A stretch of 64,000 nt of DNA from Eledone cirrhosa. Its lineage: Eukaryota. Position 1 is the stretch's first letter; each line of letters opens with the position of its first letter. The notes under the pieces were generated by a model. The model saw nothing but the letters and a program-made list of their open reading frames with translations, was not told where the DNA came from and did not search any database. The stretch covers positions 15,906 to 79,905 of the forward strand of contig CAXHJY010001438.1 of assembly GCA_964016885.1 (NCBI GenBank). The letters run 5' to 3'. The position numbers were made by a program, and so were the translations under genes. Of this stretch, positions 31,153 to 50,922 are shown piece after piece.

Positions 31153-31635
31153 GTATATATATACATACACACATACACACCGCACACCAATTCACAGAAT
31201 CTAGACACAAGAAGATGTCTGTCTATATCTGGCCATCAACTGGAGCATGTCGGAGGAGGAGGGTAATGCCAAGGTATTGTAAGGTGGTGGGTTACTGTGG
31301 TGGTGGTGGTAGCGATGGTGGGTTACTGTGGTGGGTTATTGTGGTGGTGGTGGTGGTAGCGGTGGTAGTGGTGGTGGTGGTGGGTTACTGTGGTGGTGGT
31401 GGTGGTGGTGGGTTACTGTGGTGGTGGTAGCGATGGTGGGTTATTGTGGTGGTGGTGGTGAGTTACTGTGGTGGTGGTGGTAGCGATGGTGGGTTATTGT
31501 GGTGGTGGTGGTAGCGGTGGTGGGTTTCTGTGGTGGTGGTGGTGGTGGTTCTGGTGGAGTGGTGCTGGTGTGATGGAAGAATATAGGAATATTAGGGTTG
31601 AATGTAGAAGTTTAGACACAGATAGATAGATAGAT

Positions 31636-32015
31636 ATATTTCTTTATTTGCCACAAGGGCGCACAAGAAAATGGGACAAACAAAGACACATGCCGGGGAT
31701 TTTACATACAATCGTGTAAAAATATTGAAACAAACAATTATAACAATCGAAATCCCCAATAGGGGGGAGGTGCCACAAATGGGTTGTTTAATTCCCCGTA
31801 GATAGAACAACCCTCAACTTCAGGAGCGTGTTGTGCAAGTGCTCCTTTCTTCCTTTTGCTCTCTTCTTTAACCTACAGGTTTATATACAGAGAAGGCCCA
31901 ATCACTTGGGCCATTTTTGCCACAGTCACCCACCTTTAAGTAAATTTACTGGGGTGCAGTACCTCTCTCTACACTCTGATTTTCCTTCTAAAGTGGTACC
32001 TAAAGAAGGGAATGC
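31636..32015 (-). mobile_element. Tx1/L1-like LINE 3' end
   Basis: Homologous to 32098-32618; ends AATAAAGAAAT(ATCT)n. Confidence 0.65.
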
Positions 32016-32097
32016 AGATAGATAGGTAGATAGATAGATCTACAGACAGCTAGATAGGCACATTGATAAAGATAGACAGATAGTCAGGTAGATAGAT

Positions 32098-32618
32098 ATG
32101 TTTCTTTATTAGGGGCACAAAAGAAGGGGACAAATACAAAGGGGGAAGTTTACATACAATAAAAACGTGTAAAATACTACCACAAATACAATTTAAAAGT
32201 TAATCGATTTTCCCCAATAGGGGGAGACAGTTCATATGGGTAACACATACCCCCGAAAAAATGAGAAACCCTCATCTCCAGGAGTACGAAGAGTGAGTAC
32301 CTCTTTCCTCTCCTCTTTTTCCTCAACCTACAGGCTGATATAGAGAGAAGGCCCATTCACTGGGGCCATTCTCGCCACTTTCACCCACCTTTCATAAAAC
32401 TTGCTGGGGTACAGCACCTCTCTCTCCATCCTGATTCTTCTTCCAAAGTGGTATTTGAAAAAAAGAATCAGTTGTTGGCCGGAGAGAAAGGTGTCTGACC
32501 TCAGCCCTTTCAACCTTGTCCACCATACAACCTCTTTCGCCATACAACCATACAACCGCCTCTCCTTCGTTTTTGAAGGAGGGTGGCGGTTTTATCATGA
32601 CAATGGACTCGGTGGTCA
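32098..32618 (-). mobile_element. Tx1/L1-like LINE 3' end with 38-bp TSD
   Basis: Degenerate ORF2 C-terminus (VVWWTRLK..FFKYHF..F.ERW); direct repeat 32060-32097 / 32619-32656. Confidence 0.7.
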
Positions 32619-32677
32619 ACATTGATAAAGATAGACAGATAGTCAGATAGATAGATAGATAGATAGATAGATAGGTT

Positions 32678-32884
32678 AAAATGTCTCGGGAAAGAATCGC
32701 TGGAGAGATTTTACGGGCAAAACCAACCGGCAGGAGACCCAGGAGCAGACCCTAGCAAAATGGTTGAATCACATCCCTGAGCTTGCTTGGTCTCGCTAGG
32801 ACCAATTGGTGACGGTTATTTCTGACAGGGCCCGTTGGAAGGAGGACTCTGATCCCACGACCCTCTCAGAAATAAGTGGGCATA
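32678..32884 (+). mobile_element. RTE-clade LINE 3' fragment
   Basis: Degenerate MSRERIA..ILRAKPTGRRPRSRP..LAWSRLG..DRARW, followed by (AGA)n. Confidence 0.65.
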
Positions 32885-33075
32885 GAAGAAGAAGAATGGG
32901 TTCTGACTTAGGCACAAGGCCAGCAATTTTTGAGGGGATTGGGGTGGGGGGAGAAAGTCGATTAAATCGACCCCAGTGCATTACTGGTACTTTATTTTAT
33001 CGTCCCCGTAAGGATGAAATCAAAGCTAACCTGGCGGGATTTGAACTCAGAATGTTATCCGACGCTCTACCGAGA
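32885..33075 (-). mobile_element. tRNA-derived SINE, long variant with (CTT)n tail
   Basis: B-box GAGTTCAAATCCC plus extra segment GGGGTCGATTTAATCGACTTTCTCCCCC. Confidence 0.85.
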
Positions 33076-33240
33076 TTGCAGACAATCCATCACCCTTCAA
33101 TAAATAAATAAATAAATAACAGAAAACTAAATAAATGAATAAATAGATAATAAAAATAACAAAAAATAACTTCCGTCTGCAAAATATTATTTGATATATG
33201 TTTATATATAACAGATAAGAAAATATAAGAAGATAAATAT

Positions 33241-33316
<76 letters not shown>

Positions 33317-33333
33317 ATATATATGTATGTATG

Positions 33334-33382
<49 letters not shown>

Positions 33383-33582
33383 ATATATATGTATGTATGT
33401 ATATATATATATATGTATGTATATATATATATATGTATGTATGTATATATATGTATGTATGTATGTATGTATATATATATATATGTATGTATGTATATAT
33501 ATGTATGTATGCATATATATATGTATGTATGTATGTATGCATATATATATGTATGTATGTATGTATGCATATATATATTTAT

Positions 33583-34190
33583 GTCAGGTCACCAGTTGGT
33601 GCTACTGGTAACATGTATCCCAGTACAACCTGTCTCATGGTCGGGTCGTTGGCGACTAAACTGGCAACCCCACCAAGGTTTCTTGGTGAGGAGGGTGACT
33701 TTGGACATCCTGCAGGACTAAAAACAAAACCTGTCAAAGGGCAAAGGAGCTCTTAAGAGTCAATGGCCATCCAAAATCACCGGGAGAGATGACCCCTTAG
33801 CCTTTGTCAAGGCAGAATTCTAGGAGAAGGAAAACTCTGATATAACACCTGCAACCCTGATGGTATCCAATGATGTTGACTTGTTCTTCTTTTTGGTAAA
33901 TATCATCTTGGTTAAGAGAGTGGGACTGGCTTTGTGCAGTGCCTTTGCTCACTATAAAAGCTTCACGGCACAGGCATTGCTTTATATCTGGAGATCTCTC
34001 TGCACTTGTCGTCACATGGTACCATGGGCCCAGCACTATGTGTCAATAATTGTCACAAGTGTAGTGTTTGTACCAGAGTTTTCAAGTCACTGGCTGGACT
34101 AAAAAGTCACACTCGTTCAGCGCATCGGTAGGGGTTCTCCTACATGGATATAAAGTAGTGGCCGTACTCGAAAACGAGTTGGCAGCCACC
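33583..34190. mobile_element. Family H repeat, longest copy
   Basis: See 18101-18666. Confidence 0.8.
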
Positions 34191-34375
34191 ATATATATAT
34201 GTATGTATGTATGCATATATATATATATATATGTATGTATGCATATATATGTATGTATGTATGCATATATATATATATATATGTATGTATGCATATATAT
34301 GTATGTATGTATGCATATATATATATATATATGTTTGTATGTATGCATATATATATATGTATGTATGTATGCATA

Positions 34376-34411
<36 letters not shown>

Positions 34412-34671
34412 TATATATGTATATATATATATATGTATATATATATATACATATATATATGTATGTATATGTATGTATGTATATATATGTATATATATAT
34501 ATGTATATATATATATACATATATATACATATATATATATATGTATGTATGTATGTATGTATATGTATGTATGTATGTATATATATGTATGTATGTATAT
34601 ATATGTATGTATGTATATATATGTATGTATGTATATATATGTATGTATGTATATATATGTATGTATGTATA

Positions 34672-34704
<33 letters not shown>

Positions 34705-34874
34705 ATATATGTATGTATGTATATATATGTATGTATGTATATATATGTATGTATGTATATATATGTATGTATGTATGTATATGTATGTATGTATGTATAT
34801 ATATGTATGTATGTATATATATGTATGTATGTATATATATATATGTCTATATATATATATGTATATATATATAT

Positions 34875-34982
<108 letters not shown>

Positions 34983-35266
34983 GTATGTATTTATATATAA
35001 TCATATAAAAACAAAACATAACAGATATCTATTTTTAGAAACGCTGAGCTACTTAGGAATCTCAGAATTAACGCCATCTTGGAAAAGATACATTAAAATT
35101 AAAATAAAGCTAGACAAAAATTTGAATTCAGAGTTCAAATTTCGAAATTAATAACAAATTTGTTATCTTCTATTTTATTTAACTTGAAGTTAAATTTATA
35201 TATATATATATATATATATGTGTATATATATATATATATAAAATACACACACGCACAAACGCACAC

Positions 35267-35303
<37 letters not shown>

Positions 35304-35365
35304 TATATACACACACATACATATATACACACATATATATATCACACACACATATATAAATATAT

Positions 35366-35443
<78 letters not shown>

Positions 35444-35455
35444 AATGTATATATA

Positions 35456-35523
35456 CAGGGTGTCCCTCAAAAATGTATTGATTAGAATGCCGTTGAATGT
35501 GTACATATATTTGGGACACCTTG
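35456..35523. mobile_element. 68-bp MITE (Tc1/mariner-like); inverted duplicate at 35970-36037
   Basis: TIR CAGGGTGTCCC / GGGACACCTTG after TA. Confidence 0.7.
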
Positions 35524-35896
35524 TGTGTATATATGTATATATATATATGTGTGTATGTATATATATACATATATGTGTGTGTATGTATATATATACATAT
35601 ATGTGTATATATATATATATGTGTATATATATATACACATATATATATATATACACATATATGTATATATATACATACACACACATATATATATACATAC
35701 ACACATATATATATATACATACACACATATATATATATATATATATATACTCATATATATACACACATATATATATACACATATATATATACTCACACAT
35801 ATATATATATATACTCACACATACATATATATATACACACACACACATATATATATATATACACATACATATATATATATATACACACATACATAT

Positions 35897-35933
<37 letters not shown>

Positions 35934-36171
35934 CACATATATGTATATATATATATACATATATACACACAAGGTGTCCCAAATATATATACACATTCAA
36001 CGGCATTCTAATCAATACATTTTTGAGGGACACCCTGTATATATACATTATACTCTCTCTCTCTCTTTTTTTCTCTCTCTCTCTCTCTTTCTCCCCCCCC
36101 CCCCTCTCTCTCTCTCTCTCTAATACATATATAAACACACTTCACTGGTATCACACAATACGATTTGTTAG

Positions 36172-37038
36172 TTTGTTGGTAGTGGTGGTGGTGGTGTTGT
36201 TTGTGGTGATGGTGGTGTTGGTAGTGGTGATGGTGGTGTTGGTAGTGGTGATGGTGGTGGTGTTGGTAGTGGTGATGGTGTTGGTAGTGGTGATGGTGGT
36301 GTTGGTAGTGGTGATGGTGGTGGTGTTGGTAGTGGTGATGGTGGTGTTGTTTGTGGTGGTGATGGTGGTGTTGGTAGTGGTGATGGTGGTGGTGTTGGTA
36401 GTGGTGATGGTGGTGTTGTTTGTGGTGATGGTGGTGTTGGTAGTGGTGATGGTGGTGTTGGTAGTGGTGATGGTGGTGGTGTTGGTAGTGGTGGTGGTGT
36501 TGGTAGTGGTGATGGTGGTGTTGGTAGTGGTGATGGTGGTGTTGGTAGTGGTGATGGTGGTGGTGTTGGTAGTGGTGATGGTGGTGTTGTTTGTGGTGGT
36601 GATGGTGGTGTTGGTAGTGGTGATGGTGGTGTTGTTTGTGGTGATGGTGGTGGTGTTGGTAGTGGTGATGGTGGTGTTGGTAGTGGTGATGGTGGTGGTG
36701 TTGGTAGTGGTGATGGTGGTGGTGTTGGTAGTGGTGATGGTGTTGGTAGTGATGGTGGTGGTGTTGGTGTTGTTGGCAGTAGTAGAGGTGGTGGCGGTGC
36801 TGAAGTTGTTGTTGTTATTTGTGGTAGTGGTGGTGTTAGATGTGTTGTTGGTGGTAGTAATAGTAGTAGTGGTTGTTGTAGTAGTAGTAGTAGTGGTAAT
36901 AGTAGTAGTGGTTGTAGTAGTAGTAGTAGTGGTGGTGATGGTAATAGTGGTGATGGTGGTGGTGGTGGTGATATGGTGTTGGTAGTGGTATTCGTGGTGA
37001 TGGTAATAGTAGTAGTAGTGATGATGGTGGTGGTATGT

Positions 37039-37066
<28 letters not shown>
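36172..37066. repeat. (GGT/GAT/GTT/AGT) trinucleotide-based minisatellite
   Basis: Unit approximately GGTGTTGGTAGTGGTGATGGT. Confidence 0.9.
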
Positions 37067-37069
<3 letters not shown>

Positions 37070-38294
37070 GATGACGTCATGATGGTGGTGGTGCTGCTGC
37101 TGTTGGTGGTGTTGGCGACAGTAGTAGTCATGTGATTAAATGACAAGGTCAGTGAGTACATGCTTCATCAGCTATTCTCAGCCAGCAATTGAGAAAGCTA
37201 GGTGGCGCTAATGGTTGTCTGTTGTGAATGAGAAGCTGCACACGCGCACACATGCACATACACACACACACATGCACATACACACACACACACACACACA
37301 TGCACACACACGTACAGACACACACAGGCACACACGCAAACACACACCTGCACATACATAAACACAGACGTACATACACATACAGGCACACACAGATACA
37401 CACATGCAACATACACACACACACACACCTGCACATACATACACAGACACACACACACATGCACATACATAGACATGCAGACGCACACACCTGTACGTAC
37501 ACAGAAACACACGTACATACACACACACATGCACAGAGAAACATACATACACACACATACACACGCGCGCATACGTAAGCACACACGCACACATGCAAGC
37601 ACACACGCGCACAGAGAGAGATAGAGATAGATAGATAGAGCGAGAGAGAGATGGACGGAGAGAGTGAGGAAAAGAGATAAAGAGAAGGATATAGTGAGAG
37701 AGTGAGAGAGAGAGAAATGGATGGTGAGGGAGAATTGGAGATAGAGAGAGAAAGGGAAATAAAAGGAGAGAAAGTGAGATAAAGAATGCGAGAGAGAAAA
37801 GAAGAGAAAGTGTGAGAGAGAGGAAGGAGAGAGAGAGAAAAAAAAGGAGAGAAAGTGTGTGTGTGACAGAGAGAGAGAGAGAGAGGCGGGGGTGGGGAGT
37901 GGGAATCGGTTGCACACACATAGACACACATACACACACACACAGAAACACACACACAGATACACACACACAGACACACACACACACACACACACACAGA
38001 AACACACACACAGATACACACACACATAGACACACACACACACACAGACACACACACACACACACACACACAGACACACATAGACACACAGATACACACA
38101 CACACATAGACACACAGACACACACAGACAGACACACACAAAACTCCCCAAACTGTGGAAGTTCTAATCAGAAAGACGACACGTATTAAAATAAATATCT
38201 AGATTGTTTTAATCTATATATTTATATTGATACGTGTCTGGGATTCCTGATTGGAGGGTGGAGTGTCATTTGCTGGGCGAATCCTGTAAATTAT

Positions 38295-38370
<76 letters not shown>

Positions 38371-38487
38371 TCTATAAAGCTATGTTTGCTTATATGTACA
38401 TACATACATATATATATATATATATGTATGTACAAATGAAAGGATTACAAAGGAGAATATATACTGTTAGAAGATGTTTATACAAAA

Positions 38488-38528
38488 GCACCTACGTACG
38501 TTTCGCCCGAAAAGGGTTTCTCAAGGGC
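38488..38528 (-). ncRNA. Hammerhead motif with U3-A8 core
   Basis: GCCC-TTGAGAA-ACCCTTTTCGGGC-GAAA-CGTACG-TA-GGTGC; stem I needs a bulge. Confidence 0.6.
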
Positions 38529-38675
38529 ATACAAATGTAAAGAGTGTTCGGTACGGGACCCACGGGGGGGGGGGGGGTTAAGGTGATAATCACATCAAAG
38601 TTCATTCTTAGTTCAAACAGGCATGCTGTTATTGCCACAGAGCAAATGTATGTATATATATATATATCTATATAT

Positions 38676-38886
38676 AGGAAAATATTTAACCCCGACGGCA
38701 GAGCTCTAGCCGTTTCGACGGCTATTTCTGGACTAATAGTCTGGACTGTTAGTCCAGAAATAGCCGTCGAAACGGCTTGAGCTCTGCCGTCGGGTTAAAT
38801 ATTTTCCTATTACCACTCTACTACCCTAAGTATTGAGTACTCTGGTGCGTTATGGTCCACCTGGTTCCTTACCACACTTCCTTCGT
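38676..38886 (+). mobile_element. F5 element with 5' fold-back
   Basis: TAGGAAAATATTTAACCCCGACGGC.. mirrored by ..GCCGTCGGGTTAAATATTTTCCTA. Confidence 0.8.
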
Positions 38887-38917
<31 letters not shown>

Positions 38918-39398
38918 CTAGGGCGGGTAAAATTCCCGAGATCCATGACGAGTTCTCTCCAGCGGTCTCTGTCTCTCATTATTGCTGCCATGTCCTGCAT
39001 CTCCAACAGACCAGTGTCTGTCCTTAGGGCATCAACATACGTTAACCTTGGTCTTCCTCTTCCAGTGTGTCCATGTAGGGGCTCCCACAGGAGCACTGAG
39101 TGCAATGTCAACTCTGGATGTCGGTGAGCATGTCCAGCTAACCTCAGACTCCTCTGTGTCACTTTTGAGCTGACTTTTGGGAGGCTCCCATACAGCTCTG
39201 AGATTTTCATCCTCAGTGTATACTGATTAATGTTCAGAGCCATCCTCAGCAATCTCATGTAGCTCCCATCCACCATCTGAGTGAGGTTCTTGGTCATGTC
39301 AGTGTCCAAGTCTCAGACTCATACAGCAGCACAGACTCCACTACAGCAATGAAGAGGCGGATTTCAAGACTTTACGAGGTCCGACTTCCACACCGATC
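38918..39398 (-). mobile_element. RTE-like LINE 3' end
   Basis: [30 protein letters not shown]; near-identical to 48316-48893. Confidence 0.9.
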
Positions 39399-39524
39399 TA
39401 TATATAGATAGATAGATAGATAGATAGATGTGTGTGTATGCTCAAAACACATATATGTGTGTGTGTGAGAGAGAGAAGAGTCTATGAAACTATGTTTGTA
39501 TACATATATATATATATATATATA

Positions 39525-39955
<431 letters not shown>

Positions 39956-40017
39956 TGTATTCTCAAGGTACGCAGATATTCATAAAGTATGTGTGTGAGA
40001 GTCTATAAAGCTATGTT

Positions 40018-40053
<36 letters not shown>

Positions 40054-40221
40054 GGAGGTGATATGTTGATTTAAAACTGCACTATCCACAAGTGTTTTTA
40101 GCCTTCATATCACGTCCTCCTGTTTTATCTGTTGAAAACACAAATATTATTGCATGATGATATTTGTTTTTGAAATGCGCATAATAAAATACATGGAACT
40201 CCTTTAAACATCTTTTGTTCT

Positions 40222-40279
<58 letters not shown>

Positions 40280-40281
<2 letters not shown>

Positions 40282-40408
40282 CGAAGGAAATGTGGTAAGG
40301 AACCAGGTGGACCATAACGCACCAAAGTACTTAGGGTAGTAGAGTGGGTAATAGGAACGAGTAGGACCCCGACGGCTGAGCTCAAGCCGTTTCAACGGCT
40401 AATTCTAA
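40280..40408 (-). mobile_element. F5 element fragment
   Basis: Reverse complement of the F5 3' end including GAAACGGCTTGAGCTCAGCCGTCGGGG. Confidence 0.8.
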
Positions 40409-40491
40409 TATATATATATATATATGTGTGTATGTTTGTGTTTGTGTTTGTGTGTGTGTTTATTAAAAAAAAACATTATAAAGTATATGTT

Positions 40492-40556
<65 letters not shown>

Positions 40557-40580
40557 AAAAAGGGATGAAATCTCAACTCA

Positions 40581-40618
40581 CCTTTTGAAAAGCAGAAGAA
40601 CTGCGAAACCGGTAAAGG
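40581..40618 (+). ncRNA. Type I hammerhead ribozyme (F9), U3-A8 core variant
   Basis: CCTT-TTGAAAA-GCAG AAGAA CTGC-GAAA-CCGG-TA-AAGG; all three stems perfect. Confidence 0.8.
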
Positions 40619-40825
40619 AACCAAATAAATATATATATTTAAAAAAAAAATAAGACTCCAGTTGCATTTCGATTTCATCCCTTTTTCTTTATACTTCCAC
40701 TCGTGTAGGACACCTCGGTTATTTTTCATTTGTAAAAAAAAACCTCACTTTCTAATATATATATATATATAGATATATTATATATATCTATATAAATCTC
40801 TATATATATATATATATATATATAT

Positions 40826-40899
40826 AGTGTGTGTGGTATGTTTGCGTTTGTGTTTGTGTGTGTGTTTATTAAAAAAAAACATTAATAAAGGTATATGTT

Positions 40900-40938
<39 letters not shown>

Positions 40939-41001
40939 ATGTTTGCGTTTGTGTTTGTGTGTGTGTTTATTAAAAAAAACATTAATAAAGGTATATGTTT
41001 G

Positions 41002-41034
<33 letters not shown>

Positions 41035-41101
41035 ATGTTTGCGTTTGTGTTTGTGTGTGTGGTTATTAAAAAAAAAAACATTAATAAAGGTATATGTTTG
41101 A

Positions 41102-41169
<68 letters not shown>

Positions 41170-41182
41170 TTATTAAAAAAAA
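40826..41182. repeat. ~100-bp tandem repeat with TA spacers (first unit at ~40425-40495)
   Basis: Unit TATGTTTGCGTTTGTGTTTGTGTG..TTTATTAAAAAAAACATTAATAAAGGTATATGTTTG. Confidence 0.8.
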
Positions 41183-41284
41183 TGTAAGTATAATATACAA
41201 AAATATATATAAACCAGAACCTATTACAACAATCTTGTTGAAAACTGTTGGGTCTTTTCGCCGTCACCTCGGCACGCAGATGGT

Positions 41285-41463
41285 AATAATTGTTTCTACT
41301 TAGGCACAAGGCCAGCAATTACCCAGTGCATTACTGGTACTTTATTTTATCGACCCCGTAAGGATGAAAGGCAAAGTCAACCTCGGCGGGATTTGAACTC
41401 AGATCGTAAAAGACGTAACTATGCTGGAAAGCATGGCGTCCGACCCTCTACCGATACTGACAA
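41285..41463 (-). mobile_element. tRNA-derived SINE
   Basis: Head, B-box, body and tail on - strand. Confidence 0.88.
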
Positions 41464-41492
41464 TACATGGTATAATAGAAGTTGATTTGTTT

Positions 41493-41559
<67 letters not shown>

Positions 41560-41563
41560 AATA

Positions 41564-41597
<34 letters not shown>

Positions 41598-41603
41598 CAA
41601 ATA

Positions 41604-41645
<42 letters not shown>

Positions 41646-41666
41646 TATGTATAAATATACGTATAT

Positions 41667-41697
<31 letters not shown>

Positions 41698-41757
41698 AAT
41701 ATATAAATATATATATATATATAATATATATATATATAAATATATATGTATATATAT

Positions 41758-41791
<34 letters not shown>

Positions 41792-41802
41792 ATATATATA
41801 TA

Positions 41803-41840
<38 letters not shown>

Positions 41841-42056
41841 TATATATATATTAATATATATATAATATATAATATATATAATATATATATAATATATATA
41901 TAATATATATATAATATATATATAATATATATATAATATATATATAATATATATATAATATATATATAATATATATATAATATATATATAATATATATAT
42001 AATATATATATAATATATATATAACTATATATATAATATATATATAATATATATAT

Positions 42057-42099
<43 letters not shown>

Positions 42100-42160
42100 A
42101 TATATAGAAAGAAAGATAGGTAAATATACACGGGTGTGTATGATTGTGTATAGAAGATTA

Positions 42161-42472
42161 TATTAATAAGAGGAATTCCAACTTTGTCTGATTTACTCGT
42201 TTTATTTACAATCCTTTAAAATTTATAATGGTATTATAATGAAATAGTATGGTAGAATATTAAATTCTAAGTGTTAATTGAACAAGTACATTCATGCTTT
42301 CGCAATGAAAATTACAACCTTGAGTGTCACCACATATTATGAACCTGAAGATTGCGAAAGCATGAAAGTACTTGTTCAATTAACACTTATTTCATTATAA
42401 TACCATTATAAATTTTAAAGCATTGTAAATATAACGAGTAAATCAGACAAAGTTGGAATTCCTCTTATTAAT
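42161..42472. mobile_element. F10 HHR element with fold-back
   Basis: 42161-42306 inverted at 42351-42472. Confidence 0.8.
42340..42378 (+). ncRNA. Type I hammerhead ribozyme (F10)
   Basis: TGAAC-CTGAAGA-TTGC GAAA GCAT-GAAA-GTAC-TT-GTTCA; GNRA-capped stem II. Confidence 0.82.
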
Positions 42473-48315
<5,843 letters not shown>

Positions 48316-48893
48316 TGGTTGAGGGCTTCCTGGATTTGGGACCAAAGATTGGGAATACGGCAGATGATGTGGTTGAGTGGAAGAGCAAAGCCTGGGAGGC
48401 GTGCCACAGCTTGAGATCGGTGTGGCAGTCGGACCTTCGTAAAGACCTGAAAATCCACCTCTTCATTGCTGTAGTGGAGTCTATGCTGCTGTACGGGTCT
48501 GAGACTTGGACACTGACCAAGAAACTCACTCAGATGGTGGATGGGGGCTACAGGAGAATGCTGAGGATGGCTCACAATATTAATCAGTATACACTGAGGA
48601 TGAAAAACTCAGAGCTGTATGGGAGTCTCCCAAAAGTCAGCTCAAAAGTGACACAGAGGAGACTGAGGTTAGCTGGACATGCTCACCGACATCCAGAGTT
48701 GACACTGCACTCAGTGCTCCTGTGGGAGCCCCTACATGGACACACTGGAAGAGGAAGACCAAGGTTAACGTATGTTGATGCCCTAAGGACAGACACTGGT
48801 CTGTTGGAGATGCAGGACATGGCGGCGATAATGAGGGACAGAGACCGCTGGAGAGAACTCGTCCATGGATCTCGGGAATTTTACCCGCCTTAG
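48316..48893 (+). mobile_element. RTE-like LINE 3' end
   Basis: [32 protein letters not shown] motifs typical of RTE-clade ORF C-termini. Confidence 0.9.
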
Positions 48894-49158
48894 AAATGTA
48901 TATATATATATGTATGTTTATATATATATGTATGTATATATGTATGTATATATATATGTATATGTATGTATATATATATGTATGTATATATATATGTATA
49001 TGTATGTATATATATATGTATATATATGTATGTATATATATGTATATATGTATATATATATATATATATGTAGTATATATATATGTATGTATATGTATGT
49101 ATATATATATGTATGTATGTATATATATATATATATATATATATGTACGTATATATAT

Positions 49159-49223
<65 letters not shown>

Positions 49224-49243
49224 TGTATGTATGTATGTATGCA

Positions 49244-50061
49244 TGTTTTCTCTTTCTCTTAATTTCGAGTATATTTTTTTGACCGGCCACCTTCCTGGTG
49301 GCAAGGTTGTAAAAGAAAAGAAATTGTCATCCCTTGAATCGCAAGAATGTTTTGCAAATTTTGAAGGTGCCAGCTATCGCAGCCATTTGTAGACTATGAA
49401 TTAGGGAGCTGCGCTTTGTGTCCGCAAATCCAAGTTCAGTCAAACTTTGGTCCAAGCGGGTTGGTATATAACCCGTAGCACCAATAATGATGCGTATGAA
49501 GCTAAAGGTGTTTTTGAATACTGGATTTGTAAACTCCTCATCAATGGTCCGTAGATGTCCTCCTTCTCCTGTATTTTTCTGACAACGTTTACACCAAGTG
49601 GGCAGCTGATCTCCACAACAGAACACGTTTTCAATGTGTGGTCCCAAACAACAATATCAGGCCGGTTGTGCTTTAATTTGGTGGCAGTTTTTATTTTCAG
49701 GTTCCACCAGTATTCCTTAGTGCCATCTGTCTCAATATATTCTTCCTCGTTTGTTGTTAATTTTGTTTTCCGAAGTGCGTTCCAGATGGTTCTAGCTATC
49801 CCATCGTGTCTCATGGGGAGGTAGTAGCGAGATGACATTCTTTCGCAGCTGGCAACAGTGTGGCTTACATCCTCGATTTTTGTTTTACATAGCCTACATT
49901 TATTGTCAGCTGCTGGCCCTCCTCTTTTGTGCAGCAGATATTTGGTAGGGAGTTCTTGTTCCTGTATTGCATAGAGATATCCCTCAAGGTGTGATGTCAT
50001 AAACTTGTCGGAACTCCATGCCAGGCTTTTTGAATGGTTTATTCCCTCTATGGTCTGTGTT
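49244..50061 (-). mobile_element. R4/Dong-like non-LTR retrotransposon 3' end (restriction-like endonuclease)
   Basis: [42 protein letters not shown]; frameshift near 49520; (TATG)n on both sides. Confidence 0.88.
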
Positions 50062-50130
50062 GTATGTATGTATGTATGTATGTATGTATGTATGTATGTA
50101 TGTATGTATGTATGTATGTATGTATGTATG

Positions 50131-50165
<35 letters not shown>

Positions 50166-50170
50166 GTACG

Positions 50171-50201
<31 letters not shown>

Positions 50202-50219
50202 ATATATATATATATATAT

Positions 50220-50354
50220 AGGAACGAGTAAGACCCCGACGACTGAGCTCAGCCGTCGGGGTCTTACTCGTTCCTATTACCCACTCTCCTACCCTAAGTA
50301 TTGAGTACTCTGGTGCGTTATGGTCCACCTGGTTCCTTACCACATTTCCTTCGT

Positions 50355-50355
<1 letters not shown>
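50220..50355 (+). mobile_element. F5 element folded back at HHR stem III
   Basis: Palindrome TAGGAACGAGTAAGACCCCGACGACTGAGCTCAGCCGTCGGGGTCTTACTCGTTCCTA. Confidence 0.8.
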
Positions 50356-50387
<32 letters not shown>

Positions 50388-50478
50388 ATATGTATGTATA
50401 TATATATATGTATTTATATATGTATATATATATGTATGTATATATATATGTATATATATATGTATGTATATATATATG

Positions 50479-50511
<33 letters not shown>

Positions 50512-50544
50512 GTATATATATATATATGTATGTATATATATATG

Positions 50545-50577
<33 letters not shown>

Positions 50578-50657
50578 GTATATATATATATATGTATGTA
50601 TATATATATATATGTATGTATATATATATGTATATATATATATATATGTATATGTAT

Positions 50658-50719
<62 letters not shown>

Positions 50720-50881
50720 GTATATATATATGTATATATATGTCTATATATATAGGTCTATATATATATGTCTATATATATATATGTATATATATATATG
50801 TATGTATATATATATATGTATGTATATATATATATGTATGTATATATATATATATATGTATGTATATATATATATGTATGT

Positions 50882-50922
<41 letters not shown>

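Noticed and set aside
37160-37210. CTGATGA on - strand and a CTCF-like CTAGGTGGCGCTA
   Set aside because: No stem II or GAAA partner for an HHR; a single short motif match is not enough for a CTCF call
40425-41182. Repeat-spacer pattern superficially like a CRISPR array
   Set aside because: Eukaryotic context, spacers are TA runs, and there are no cas genes
41218-41283. Possible small + strand exon (TYYNNLVENCWVFSPSPRHAD)
   Set aside because: No polypyrimidine tract, the donor overlaps a SINE tail, and no partner exons were found
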